A stretch of 64,000 nucleotides of DNA from an uncultured delta proteobacterium (GCA_963706575.1 CAVPNL010000005.1:160001-224000), one strand, 5' to 3'. Counted from the stretch's first letter, positions 30,115 to 40,064 are shown. Program-made: numbers and translations. The notes: generated from the sequence alone by a model not told the origin.

Positions 30115-32475
30115 ATGGCACCGGAAATCATCCTTGCGCTGTCTATTCTGATCGTTGCGGTTATATTTTTAATAACAGAATGGATCCCGATGGAGGTCAC
30201 CGCCCTGCTGTCGCTTGGAGCGGTTGCCCTAACCGGCCTGGTAACACCGGGTGAAGCTCTGGCGGGGTTCAGCAACCCGGCCGTCATCACGATTTGGGCG
30301 GTATTTATTCTGAGCGGGGGCTTAACCCGAACAGGGGTTGCCAATGCTATCGGCCAGTTTGTGTTGAGGCTGGCGGGCAGCAGTGAAACCCGCATGATCG
30401 TCGTTATCATGCTCAGCGCCGGTGTGATGTCCGCCATCATGAATAACGTGGCCGTGGCGGCTTTGCTGCTTCCGGTGGTCATGGATATTGCGCGCCACAC
30501 GGGAAGCCCGCCTTCAAGGCTCCTGATGCCGCTGGCATACGGCTCACTGCTGGGGGGGCTGACGACCCAGATCGGTACGCCGCCGAACATCCTGGTCAGT
30601 GAAGCCCTGCGGGATGCGGGATTAAAGTCGTTTACCTTTTTCGATTTTACGCCCGCGGGCCTGGCGATTATGCTTTGCGGCACTGCATTTATGGTTTTTG
30701 TGGGGCATCGATTTTTGCCCCGGCGTGATGTTGCCAAAGAATTAACCCACAACAAAACCATCGACTGGGAAAGCCAATCCGATACCGAGGAGCAGCTGTT
30801 CAATATCCGTATTCCGCCCGATTCGATGCTCATAAACAAAACGCTGGCCGAAAGCCGATTGGGGTCGGCCTTGGGCTGGAACGTGGTCGGCATCGTTCGC
30901 AATCAAGAAATACGACCCGCTCCGGGACCCGCTGAAATCCTGCAGGCCGGAGATCAGTTGACGGTTGAAGGCAGCATTGAAAATTTAAGGGAATTGAAGA
31001 ATTGGCAGCAGTTAATTGTTGATAGGGGTGGAATTGATATCCAAGAGCCCTATTCAGGTGACATCAAACTTGGAGAAATAACCCTTGCGGGAAATTCCCC
31101 GCTTATCGGCAAGACGCTAAATTCGATCGGTTTTCGCGGTCGATTCGAAGCCAATGTGCTGGCAGTTCGCCGAAGTGACCGCATCAGACGCACCAATCTT
31201 CAGGACATGCCGCTGGAGCGCGGTGATGTGCTTCTGATTGCCGGGCATCATGAACGCCTGGACGAATTTGAGAATATTTCCGGGTTCGAGCAATTCAGGT
31301 TCGTTTCCCGATCCGAGCTTATCGATATTTATCATCTCGACGAACGCCTGATGCTCATGACGGTGCCGCCGGATTCCGCCATGATCGGAAAATCTTTGAA
31401 AGACAGCCGGCTGGGAGAAAGCCTCGGCAGCCGGGTTCTGGGGATTCAGCGGGGCAACGATCCGATCCTGATGCCGGAACCCTGGGAGACCCTGCAGGCC
31501 AATGACCGGTTGGTGGTCGAAGGGCGTCTGTCGGATTTTGAAATCCTGCGGGAGCTTGAAAAGCTGATCATTGAACGAGGGACCCGTCCGGACATCAAGG
31601 CGCTGGTTGCGGGAAATGTCGGGCTGGTGGAAACCATTCTTTCGCCGCATACGACGATAGCTGGAATGACGCTGCGTCAGCTGAATTTCCGTGAAAAATA
31701 CGGTTTAAGCGTATTATCCATATGGCGTGAGGGAAAGGTCTACCGCTCCAACCTGCGGGATATGGCCTTGCGGTTCGGCGATGCCCTGCTTCTTCTGGGT
31801 CCGCGAAATAAGTTGCAATTGCTGGGCAGTGAGCCTGATTTTATCGTGCTGACGGGAACAGCTCAGGAAGAGCTGCGGCTGGAGAAGATGAAATATTCAA
31901 TTATAATTATGGTCGGCATCTTACTGCCGGTTATCATCGGATGGGTACCGATATACATCGCTGCCGTAATCGGTGCGGCCTTGATGGTCCTTTTCGGGTG
32001 CCTGTCCATGGATGAGGCTTATCGACAGATTGAGTGGAAAGCCGTCTTCCTGATCGCCGGACTGCTGCCGCTGGGTACGGCATTGGATCAAACCGGGGCT
32101 GCCAAGATGATTGCCGAGGGCGTTGTCACCTTTGTCGGCCCGTTTGGGCCCCGGGCGGTCATGTCGGGGCTGGTGGCACTGACATTTCTGGCAACCTGCT
32201 TTGTGCCGACAGCTGCACTGGTGGTTCTCATGGCGCCTATCGTTTTAAGCACCTCAGTCAATATGGGACTGGCTCCCCATGCCCTGCTGATGGCGGTTGC
32301 CATGGCGGCGTCGGCGAGTTTCATGACACCCATTTCGCACCCTGCCAATATTCTGGTGATGGGGCCGGGGGGATACCGCTTTATGGATTATTTCAAAGTC
32401 GGCGGATTACTAACGCTGGTCGTTCTGCTGGTTATTGTGTTTATCCTGCCGCTTTTTTGGCCGCTTGCGCCTTAA
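30115..32475 (+). CDS. SLC13 permease with about four TrkA-C (RCK_C) domains
   Basis: GFSNPAVIT, MNNVA, IGTPPNI; repeated P-x-S-x-x-I-G-K-T-L..GD-x-L units; TPISHPANILVMGPGGYRFMDY. Confidence 0.92.
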   Translation: MAPEIILALSILIVAVIFLITEWIPMEVTALLSLGAVALTGLVTPGEALAGFSNPAVITIWAVFILSGGLTRTGVANAIGQFVLRLAGSSETRMIVVIMLSAGVMSAIMNNVAVAALLLPVVMDIARHTGSPPSRLLMPLAYGSLLGGLTTQIGTPPNILVSEALRDAGLKSFTFFDFTPAGLAIMLCGTAFMVFVGHRFLPRRDVAKELTHNKTIDWESQSDTEEQLFNIRIPPDSMLINKTLAESRLGSALGWNVVGIVRNQEIRPAPGPAEILQAGDQLTVEGSIENLRELKNWQQLIVDRGGIDIQEPYSGDIKLGEITLAGNSPLIGKTLNSIGFRGRFEANVLAVRRSDRIRRTNLQDMPLERGDVLLIAGHHERLDEFENISGFEQFRFVSRSELIDIYHLDERLMLMTVPPDSAMIGKSLKDSRLGESLGSRVLGIQRGNDPILMPEPWETLQANDRLVVEGRLSDFEILRELEKLIIERGTRPDIKALVAGNVGLVETILSPHTTIAGMTLRQLNFREKYGLSVLSIWREGKVYRSNLRDMALRFGDALLLLGPRNKLQLLGSEPDFIVLTGTAQEELRLEKMKYSIIIMVGILLPVIIGWVPIYIAAVIGAALMVLFGCLSMDEAYRQIEWKAVFLIAGLLPLGTALDQTGAAKMIAEGVVTFVGPFGPRAVMSGLVALTFLATCFVPTAALVVLMAPIVLSTSVNMGLAPHALLMAVAMAASASFMTPISHPANILVMGPGGYRFMDYFKVGGLLTLVVLLVIVFILPLFWPLAP

Positions 32476-32554
32476 ATGTAATTGCGGGCCTAGAACCTAA
32501 TCTGAGGTTTTGAAACCACTTCCAGTTGTGTCCTACAAATAAGGTACAAAATGA

Positions 32555-32623
32555 CCGTCACTCCCGCGCAGGCGGGAGTCCAGCTCAAAGACGCCTGGAT
32601 TCCCGCCTGCGCGGGAATGACGG
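32555..32623. repeat. dRS3/REP-like inverted repeat
   Basis: CCGTCACTCCCGCGCAGGCGGGAGTCCAG..CTGGATTCCCGCCTGCGCGGGAATGACGG. Confidence 0.8.
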
Positions 32624-32669
32624 ATGGGTAACACGCCTTAGGACGGAACAATATTTCTGGGACATCACA

Positions 32670-33683
32670 CTAGCTGTCCCCAATAATATCTTCTTTAAAA
32701 TCCGCTATAACGGGTTCAATACCGGCGAGCCGCTCGATTCGGGCAATGTGAATCACCGCATCACCCTGGTGAACGAGCGGCAAATTCAGCCGGCCGATGA
32801 CCATCCCGGACACGGGCGATTCGATCGCTACTTCATGGCCGCTGAAGGGATCGGCAATTTCCCCGATCTTTTTGTTTTTGCCGACTTTGGCGCCGAGCGG
32901 GACATTCATGTGCAGAATGCCGGAGGCCGGCGCGCGAATCCAGGTAGTGGCATCGGCGATCAGCGGCTCGATGACCGCTTTGCGTGCCCGGATTCGCCTG
33001 AGCATCCCGATGGCTTCCATGACCGACAAGATACCGCGGATTCCGGCTCGAATGGCGACTTCATCGAAGCGCAATGCCTCACCGGCCTCGTATAGCAGAA
33101 AAGGGATGCCTTTTTCGGCCACCGCCTGGCGCAGGGAACCATCGCGGATGCTGGCATTAATAATAACCGGAACTCGGAAAGCCTCCGCCAGTCGCAGTGT
33201 ATCCGGATTCTCTATGTCCGCACGAATCTGCGGCAGGTTGGTGCGGTGATTGGAACCGGCGTGCAGATCGATACCGTGGGTGCTGTTGGCCACGATCTCG
33301 TTCATAAATATGTCCGCCAGTTGCGATGTCAGGGAGCCTTTCTCGGAACCCGGGAAAAAGCGATTGAGATCGCGGCGATCGGGGGAGTAACGCGACTGCT
33401 GCAGAAACCCGTAAACATTTACCACCGGAACGGCAATCAGCGTACCTCTCAGTTTTTTGATTTTTTTGAGTTTCATCAGCCGCCGGATGATTTCAGTACC
33501 GATGATTTCGTCCCCGTGAATGGCGGCACTTACAAACAATCGCGGGCCTTCTTTCTGGCCGTGAATGACGTGAACCGGCATCGTCATTTCGGTGTGGGTA
33601 TACAGACGGGCCACCGGTACATGGATCGTGGCTTGCTGGCCGGGCTTTATTTTTGAACCGGCTAGTGATACAGGCGGTCGCAT
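32670..33683 (-). CDS. Succinylglutamate desuccinylase/aspartoacylase (M14) family protein
   Basis: AAIHGDE, DLNRFFPG, IDLHAG, YEAGE. Confidence 0.9.
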   Translation of the reverse strand: MRPPVSLAGSKIKPGQQATIHVPVARLYTHTEMTMPVHVIHGQKEGPRLFVSAAIHGDEIIGTEIIRRLMKLKKIKKLRGTLIAVPVVNVYGFLQQSRYSPDRRDLNRFFPGSEKGSLTSQLADIFMNEIVANSTHGIDLHAGSNHRTNLPQIRADIENPDTLRLAEAFRVPVIINASIRDGSLRQAVAEKGIPFLLYEAGEALRFDEVAIRAGIRGILSVMEAIGMLRRIRARKAVIEPLIADATTWIRAPASGILHMNVPLGAKVGKNKKIGEIADPFSGHEVAIESPVSGMVIGRLNLPLVHQGDAVIHIARIERLAGIEPVIADFKEDIIGDS

Positions 33684-34589
33684 TAGCCTTTCCCTCTGGT
33701 TCGGGTTTTTCCGGGCCCGGCGTTTTTTTCGATATATTCGATGATCATGCCGGCAACATCTTTGCCGGTGGTTTTCTCGATGCCCTCCAATCCGGGCGAA
33801 GAGTTAACTTCCATGACGACCGGCCCGTGGTTGGATCTGAGCATGTCGACACCGGCCACCCTTAGCCCCATGATTTTGGCCGCCCGGACCGCTGTGGAAC
33901 GCTCTTCAGGGGTGATGCGCACTTTGCTGGCACGGCCGCCACGGTGGAGGTTGGACCGGAATTCTCCTTCGAGGCCCCTTGCGCATCATGGCGGCAACAA
34001 CCTTATTGCCGATGACCAGGCAACGAATGTCGGTGCCGCTGGATTCCTGGATGAATTCCTGCACCAGAATATTGGCTTTTAGACTCCGAAATGCCTGAAT
34101 AACACTCTGGGCGGCCTTTTGGGTCTCGGCCAGCACAACACCGACGCCCTGGGTGCCCTCGATCATCTTGACCACCAGCGGTGAGCCGCCCACAAGATCG
34201 ATGAGATCGTCGGTAAACACCGTCGAATGCGCGAAACCGGTGACCGGCAGGCCGATGCCTTTGCGGGCCAGCAATTGCAGGCTGCGCAACTTGTCCCGCG
34301 ATCGGCTGATGGCAACCGATTCGTTGAGGCAAAATACGTCCATCATTTCAAATTGCCGCACCACCGAAGTGCCGTAAAAGGTAATCGAAGCGCCGATACG
34401 CGGGATAATGGCATCGAAACCTTCTAATTTCTCGCCTTTGTAATGAATGGCCGGGTGATGCGAGGTAATGTTCATGTAGCAGCGCAACGGGTTAATGACG
34501 TGGACTTCATGGTCGCGCTTTCGGGCGGCTTCAATGAGGCTTTGGGTAGAGTAAAGCTCCCGTTTGCGGGAAAGTATGCCAATTTTCAT
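33683..34589 (-). CDS. rimK: RimK alpha-L-glutamate ligase; frameshift near 33975
   Basis: [39 protein letters not shown]; next frame [23 protein letters not shown]. Confidence 0.93.
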
Positions 34590-35083
34590 TTTTTTGCCTT
34601 TTTTAGCGTTTCAGTTTTGTATGTTTTTGCCAGTGATCGCCCGGTTCGGTAGGATCGCCCTGGATTTATCAGAAATCTATTTTCGACCGCTTTGCGTCCG
34701 AGCAGCATCCTGAACAGCATCAGGTCTCTGTTGGTCAGCGTAATGTCGATCGGCCAACTCACGGCCCCCATCACTGCTGTTGTCCGGATTACATAACGTT
34801 TCTCAATATGGCCACCTGAATCCTTTACCCGGCGCTTCTCCAACACCGGTGCTTCACAGAACCGTTCGATATCTTTTCGGCGCTGCAGCGGATGGATGCC
34901 GAATCGCACCATTCGTTGGCCGTTTGCGACAAACTCCTCCAGATTGAATGTATGCAGGGCTGAGGTGCGGGCGCCCGTGTCGATTTTGGCCTTAACCGCA
35001 GGTATACCCAGATCCGGTAACCCGATCCATTCCTTCCAACCGATTATCGCATTTGGCTGGGTGTTCTTTTTTTTCATTTTCAT
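34586..35083 (-). CDS. RimB-like retropepsin-type protease (RimK-associated)
   Basis: [26 protein letters not shown]; stop overlaps the rimK start. Confidence 0.9.
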   Translation of the reverse strand: MKMKKKNTQPNAIIGWKEWIGLPDLGIPAVKAKIDTGARTSALHTFNLEEFVANGQRMVRFGIHPLQRRKDIERFCEAPVLEKRRVKDSGGHIEKRYVIRTTAVMGAVSWPIDITLTNRDLMLFRMLLGRKAVENRFLINPGRSYRTGRSLAKTYKTETLKKAKK

Positions 35084-35268
35084 CCTTCCTAAAGCCGCCC
35101 AAAGATTAGTCACAAAGGCGCTTAAGCCATTATGTTCTTACCGTCTCATTTTTCATGATTCGAAAGTTTAAAAATTGATTTAGAGTAAAAAAAATCTCTA
35201 TATGGAAGGTTAATAGACGTGTCAATATTTAATATTTTAGACCAGAAATTGGCGCCGGTCTTCACTCA

Positions 35269-36501
35269 TCACGTTGCCGGGCGGGGTCGGTTTTCAAGCA
35301 TTTCCACGAAGGCTTCGATGCGGGTTCGCAGTTGGCCTTCGGCAAAATTGCGGGTGTCCATACAATCCACTTCAAGATTCAGCACCGGCACATTGATTTC
35401 CTTGAGTCCGCTGCTGATCAGCCCCCTGGCGCCCGTGCCCTGGCGGCAGCCCCAGTGGCAGGGATTGATGGCGCCATCCAGTTTATAGTTCCGGGCCAAT
35501 TTTTGGAGGTGCTGAACTCGGTTTTGCATGTTGACGTTTAACGGTTTTGCGATAGCGCGGCGCGCCATCCCGGTAAAAGGGTCATCCGGGTCAATGGAAT
35601 CCCAATAGATGTCGTTCAATTCATCGCAAACAATGTTGGCCTGATATTCTTTTTCAAGCAGGTCGACCAGGGGATTTTTAAACTGAATCCGGTTTTGGAT
35701 CCATAACAGCCGGATCTTTTCATCGGGCACCCCCTGGATTCCATTATCGATCCTGGCGCTGAATTCGTCTTTGTACGCCTGGGCAATCTCTATGGCGGAA
35801 TCCGTACCCAGAAATAACAATATGACGAGGCCGAAATTAATGAGCAGACGGCCGTCTGTCGGTGAGGGCACTTTTTGGGCGAGTCGATACATGTCTTGCA
35901 TGATTTCCCGGGCTCGATTTGTTTTATCGACAGCCTGGTGTAATTTGTTTTCATCGAGCGGTTCGCCCGTATGCTGGGAAATAAAGTCAACCATATCCTT
36001 TATTTGGTCCGCCAGATACTGTACGCTTTGCTCGGATTGTTCCTGGGGTACGTTTAAAACGAATAGGTCTTTTTTAAACATGTGCGCCAGGTTTTCCAGT
36101 ACCGCAACACCTCCGGAGCAGGGACAGGTGCTGGCGATGAGAAAATCCGGCTCGGGCATGATTCCTTTTCTGGCGGCCCCGATGACCGAACGGTGGAAAC
36201 CGCAGGTATCTCCGACAAAGCCGGCCTGTTCGGCCTCTTCCAGAAAAGTATCTGCCATGCCGGTTGAAGCCAGCACAGCACCCACAAATTCGACAAAACA
36301 GGAAGTGATGCCCATGGCGTTAAGCAAATCAAATGGGGCAGCGATACCGCACCAGGCAACCTGATCCTTACCGGAGTATAAGCGACTGCCGAGTCTGGCA
36401 ATCTCCAACGCATATTTTTTCCTGGGATTGGGTAGATTCGGATCTTGCAAAATCTTGGCCTCAATTCCGGATGCCAGGTCTTGAAAGTATTCGTACATCA
36501 T
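35269..36501 (-). CDS. 2-hydroxyacyl-CoA dehydratase subunit (HgdA/BcrB-like)
   Basis: DTCGFHR, TCPCSG, HWGCRQG, LEVDCMD..GQLRTRIEAFVEML. Confidence 0.88.
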   Translation of the reverse strand: MMYEYFQDLASGIEAKILQDPNLPNPRKKYALEIARLGSRLYSGKDQVAWCGIAAPFDLLNAMGITSCFVEFVGAVLASTGMADTFLEEAEQAGFVGDTCGFHRSVIGAARKGIMPEPDFLIASTCPCSGGVAVLENLAHMFKKDLFVLNVPQEQSEQSVQYLADQIKDMVDFISQHTGEPLDENKLHQAVDKTNRAREIMQDMYRLAQKVPSPTDGRLLINFGLVILLFLGTDSAIEIAQAYKDEFSARIDNGIQGVPDEKIRLLWIQNRIQFKNPLVDLLEKEYQANIVCDELNDIYWDSIDPDDPFTGMARRAIAKPLNVNMQNRVQHLQKLARNYKLDGAINPCHWGCRQGTGARGLISSGLKEINVPVLNLEVDCMDTRNFAEGQLRTRIEAFVEMLENRPRPAT

Positions 36502-36527
36502 GGGGAATCACCTTTTTCAAATTGAGA

Positions 36528-37589
36528 TTAATCAAGCATTTCGATAAACGCTTCGATTCGAGTTCGTTGCTGTTCGATGGATCGCAGGCTGCAGTCTCCT
36601 TCGAGCAGCAATAACGGAATGCCGGCTTGGCGCAACGTCTCGCGTACTGCCGGCAGGCGATCCAGGTAGGGGTCGCAGAATTTGATGGTTTGGCCAATAA
36701 CGCCTCTGGCACCGGAAGCCTGAGCTCGAGTCAGGATGTCTTCGGCCATCTTCAGCGGTTGGCGCGGGTCGAATGTCCGGGCACAGGGCGGCCGGGTTAA
36801 CAGGCTGCGGGAAATCTGGAGAACCAGATTTTTGTTCTCATTAATATCCATGGGAGTGAATAATCTTGAGCCTGTGCAAAGATCATCTTCGATAATGCGG
36901 GCACCGCAGGATTCGAACAGCCTCAGTGCTTCAGGGTCTGCCAGGACATTGCCGAATAGAAAAACAGGGATTCCGTCACTCTCAGGATCCTCTGATTTCG
37001 GTTCCGCCAGCGCCTGTTTTAGGCTTCGTGCGCTTTTTGCGAAGGGCGTCGTCATCGCTTCATTATAAAGCGTTTGCATTCTGGTGCTGCTCCCTGCCAG
37101 TGTACCTTGGCGTACGCGCTCCCGCAATCTGGCAAAAAGGGGGGGTAGCTGGTTGTATCGCTGGATGCTTGTTTCTATATCGCTGTTGGTGATGTTGCGC
37201 CCGCGCCACTCTGAAAGCGCTTCCATCAGACGGGCAAGCTCTTTGGCAAAAAAAGTAACCGCTGGCTCATCGGAGATAACCGGCAGGTCCAGCAAGATGA
37301 TGTTATCATCAGGCCGCACCTGCCGCCAGGCATCACATACCCTGCGCATCGCATCGCAGCTGTTTATAAAGACGACACCCGCAAGACCCGGAAGATCCTT
37401 GCTGATGGCACGATCCAGAATGCGCTTGACATGCGGGCAGAGATTGTCGTGCAGCAGCTGCCCGGCCTGATCCGGGCACGCGCTCATCGGCAGAATGCGA
37501 TAGGGCGTATAGCCGGCTGCATCGATTAAGACCAGTGGCGCATAAGCACAGGCATAACCCATTTTTTCAGTTTTTTTAGGCATATCCAT
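36528..37589 (-). CDS. 2-hydroxyacyl-CoA dehydratase subunit (HgdB/BcrC-like)
   Basis: NLCPHVK, NSCDAMRR, DDLCTGSR, KFCDPY, RTRIEAFIEML. Confidence 0.88.
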   Translation of the reverse strand: MDMPKKTEKMGYACAYAPLVLIDAAGYTPYRILPMSACPDQAGQLLHDNLCPHVKRILDRAISKDLPGLAGVVFINSCDAMRRVCDAWRQVRPDDNIILLDLPVISDEPAVTFFAKELARLMEALSEWRGRNITNSDIETSIQRYNQLPPLFARLRERVRQGTLAGSSTRMQTLYNEAMTTPFAKSARSLKQALAEPKSEDPESDGIPVFLFGNVLADPEALRLFESCGARIIEDDLCTGSRLFTPMDINENKNLVLQISRSLLTRPPCARTFDPRQPLKMAEDILTRAQASGARGVIGQTIKFCDPYLDRLPAVRETLRQAGIPLLLLEGDCSLRSIEQQRTRIEAFIEMLD

Positions 37590-37748
37590 TTCGGCTCTCC
37601 ATCGTGTTTCACGAGCAACCGTTCTAATTCAAGAGTTTAATTGGTTAGCAAAGCAAAAATACCACGGCTTTGTTAGAGGCGATATGCGGTTCGGGATTGC
37701 ATCTGTCCCTTCAATTCCCTAAACCAATAAAACCAATTGAACAACTAA

Positions 37749-37832
37749 GTAGGGCAGCCCTCTGCGCGGCGCGCCGTAGCTTTAGCGAAGGCGGGTGGCT
37801 GCCATGGAGGTCGGCACGGAGGCCGCCCCTAC
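37749..37832. repeat. GTAG-class REP doublet with a nested small palindrome
   Basis: GTAGGGCAGCCCTCTG..GGCCGCCCCTAC, interrupted by CGCCGTAGCTTTAGCGAAGGCG; related copy at 53005. Confidence 0.7.
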
Positions 37833-37878
37833 TTCTTACTTCGAAATTCCTTGTTCGATATTGGGTATTCTTATTTTA

Positions 37879-38328
37879 TTACCTATTTTCATCGTTCGCA
37901 TTGGCGAGTATATGTCGCAATAAATTTTTGGTTTGCGAGATACCCTCCTGCGGGATGCCGGCAAAGACCTGGGTAATCACCCGGTCTACCACGTTTAGCA
38001 CCGGATCACGAACCTGGCGGCCAATTTTTGTTAAATGAATTCTCAGCACCCGGCGGTCAGTCAGGTCTGTCGTGCGCGCAACCAATTCATCGCGTTCCAT
38101 ACGATCCAGCAGGCCCGTCATGGTTGACGGCTCCAGTCCGGCTTTTTTGCTAAGCTCGATCACTTTTAATCCATCCTCCTGCCACAGGCTCATCAGCACG
38201 CATAAATACGCCGGTTTTACCTGTTCAACCCCTGAGGATGCGAATTCTTTCTTCAGGGCGGCCGTCACCAACAGGCTGACGCGTGATATCAGATAATATG
38301 GGCATTCTTTAAGTGAACTCAGCATCAT
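37879..38328 (-). CDS. MarR family transcriptional regulator
   Basis: STMTGLLDRMERDELVAR..DRRVLRIHLT..G. Confidence 0.93.
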   Translation of the reverse strand: MMLSSLKECPYYLISRVSLLVTAALKKEFASSGVEQVKPAYLCVLMSLWQEDGLKVIELSKKAGLEPSTMTGLLDRMERDELVARTTDLTDRRVLRIHLTKIGRQVRDPVLNVVDRVITQVFAGIPQEGISQTKNLLRHILANANDENR

Positions 38329-38348
38329 TTTTGTCCGCCTTTTTACCA

Positions 38349-38375
38349 CGTATACGGATTATACGTATACGAAAT
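38349..38375. promoter_or_regulatory. Candidate MarR operator
   Basis: Palindromic CGTATACG twice (38349-56, 38364-71) just upstream of marR; TTGACA on the minus strand at 38385-90. Confidence 0.5.
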
Positions 38376-38711
38376 ATTGTGCTGTGTCAACTGTCCTTTT
38401 TTGTAATTTTAGCGTTCATCTCAATTAATATATTTTAACCGCCTTCACCTAAATTTAACTATTGCATAAATTTCGCTATGAAATAAACATATGCTGTCGA
38501 TCTTTAATGGAGGCGCTTGCCGAAAGCTAAAAACGAATTGTTTGAAATCGGTTAATCATGCTAAAAAGGGTGGGTCGTCTGACGTAATCAAAAGGGCCAT
38601 CCATTTATTTGGGATTTCGGGTTATTTGCCGTGGACCCATCGGCCTGCAAACAAATATTATCAGACATAGGGAGCAACTTACTCAGAAAGAAAGTAACCA
38701 AGGAGGGAGCA

Positions 38712-40064
38712 ATGGACCGGGATGATGTTGTCAAAAAGATCAAAGATGCGATGATTAAAGGTGAAATCCCTCCTTGGAAGGCTGATGACGAGGCGGCAAA
38801 AATGGGTATTACGGTGCCTGAGAATATTGTTGTGGGGACCATGGCCCGGCGTGCCTTTGTCGAAGAGAAAAGCGGTCAAAAATTTTGCCACATTGTCCTC
38901 CCTGAAAAACCGTATCATACGGGCTACCGGTGTCCAAAAGATGGCACGCTCTGGACTTTGGCGGCGGATGATACTTACGTGCGATGCGGCATGTGTGCAA
39001 CACCACTGGAAGTGCTGCCGGAAAACGAGCGTCACCAACCACTGGTCAACAATTACATCGGCGGGGTGGAAGATTATTATAGCTATGCGGGGGAGGTCAC
39101 CGTCAGCGGGGAAGTCAAAAAAACCTTTCAAAATATTCTCTGTTGGGGGCCGGGCGTCGGGCATCTGGGCATCAGTGTGGGATGCTTTCGACTCAACCAA
39201 TTCGGTCCCATTGAGGTGAAAGTGTCCGATTGGGGGGTTGCCGCCAGAAATTTAGCGTTTGTGTTTGATACCGAGGGCGAGCGTGAAAAAGCCCAATCGC
39301 TGATCAAAGAGAATCTTTCCGATGTCATCGCCCAGATGACGCGCTCGCATCTTTCGGAATGGAAGGGAGAGGTATTTGATGTTAGTTTTTTATATAAACA
39401 ACATCATGCAGATCGCATTTTGCATTGTTGTTTTTACACCCGGTTTTCCGATCACCGCGGCCATGGTCAGACTTCACATAGCGTGGGGTTGGCGAAAAAT
39501 CTAATCGATGATTTATTCGCCCAAAGCAATATCAAATGTCGGCTGTCTGTCGTCGGTATGGGAAGAGACGGTGATCTCAAGCCATCTCCGCGAAATAGGC
39601 GCGGACGTTACGTATCCGCACAACAGATTATTCCAATTAAAGACTTCGAAAAACTTATCGAGCGTCCGATCGACGATTTTCTTTCCTATATCGAGCTTGA
39701 TCGACAAGGCGTGTTGGAAGAAATCGGATGGCCGGCCTACACCGGTATGGGAGGGGAAATTATCCCCGCCTTTTATCGAACCATGAAAAACAACCCCAGA
39801 CCCTATCTGGTTTCATGTTATCAAAAGGTTTATGCTTATTGCCGTGGGACGGATTTGATCTTTGGTGTCGAATTGCCCAACGTTGAGGTGGGTATTACCT
39901 CGAGTCCGGAGGGCATTATATCGCCAATGGCCAGAGAGGCCCTAAAAATTGCCGGTATTCACAGTGCCAAGGAATTTGCGGCTGCCGCCGCGGCGATAAC
40001 GCTTGGGGGTGAATTTAATTTTGCGACCCTTCATATTCAGGAACGAATGTACACCGGCAAATAA
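38712..40064 (+). CDS. Divergent HMG-CoA reductase-fold protein with Zn-ribbon insertion; function unknown
   Basis: Collinear by eye with archaeal class I HMGR: ARRAFVE, NNYIG, AGEVTVSG, GC, DLKP..RGRYV, LPNVEVG, AREAL..AKEFA..LGGEF; RBS AGGAGG before ATG 38712. Confidence 0.7.
   Translation: MDRDDVVKKIKDAMIKGEIPPWKADDEAAKMGITVPENIVVGTMARRAFVEEKSGQKFCHIVLPEKPYHTGYRCPKDGTLWTLAADDTYVRCGMCATPLEVLPENERHQPLVNNYIGGVEDYYSYAGEVTVSGEVKKTFQNILCWGPGVGHLGISVGCFRLNQFGPIEVKVSDWGVAARNLAFVFDTEGEREKAQSLIKENLSDVIAQMTRSHLSEWKGEVFDVSFLYKQHHADRILHCCFYTRFSDHRGHGQTSHSVGLAKNLIDDLFAQSNIKCRLSVVGMGRDGDLKPSPRNRRGRYVSAQQIIPIKDFEKLIERPIDDFLSYIELDRQGVLEEIGWPAYTGMGGEIIPAFYRTMKNNPRPYLVSCYQKVYAYCRGTDLIFGVELPNVEVGITSSPEGIISPMAREALKIAGIHSAKEFAAAAAAITLGGEFNFATLHIQERMYTGK

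Noticed and set aside
33960..33985. Programmed frameshifting in rimK and the other split genes
   Set aside because: No consistent slippery motif; indels are spread over unrelated families.
35269..37589. Benzoyl-CoA reductase BcrBC
   Set aside because: Same family, but no BcrAD or aromatic-degradation genes; left as a generic dehydratase.
38712..40064. Calling this a functional hmgA of the mevalonate pathway
   Set aside because: Catalytic Glu, Asp and His and the DAMGMN and GTVGGG motifs are absent; no mevalonate genes nearby.
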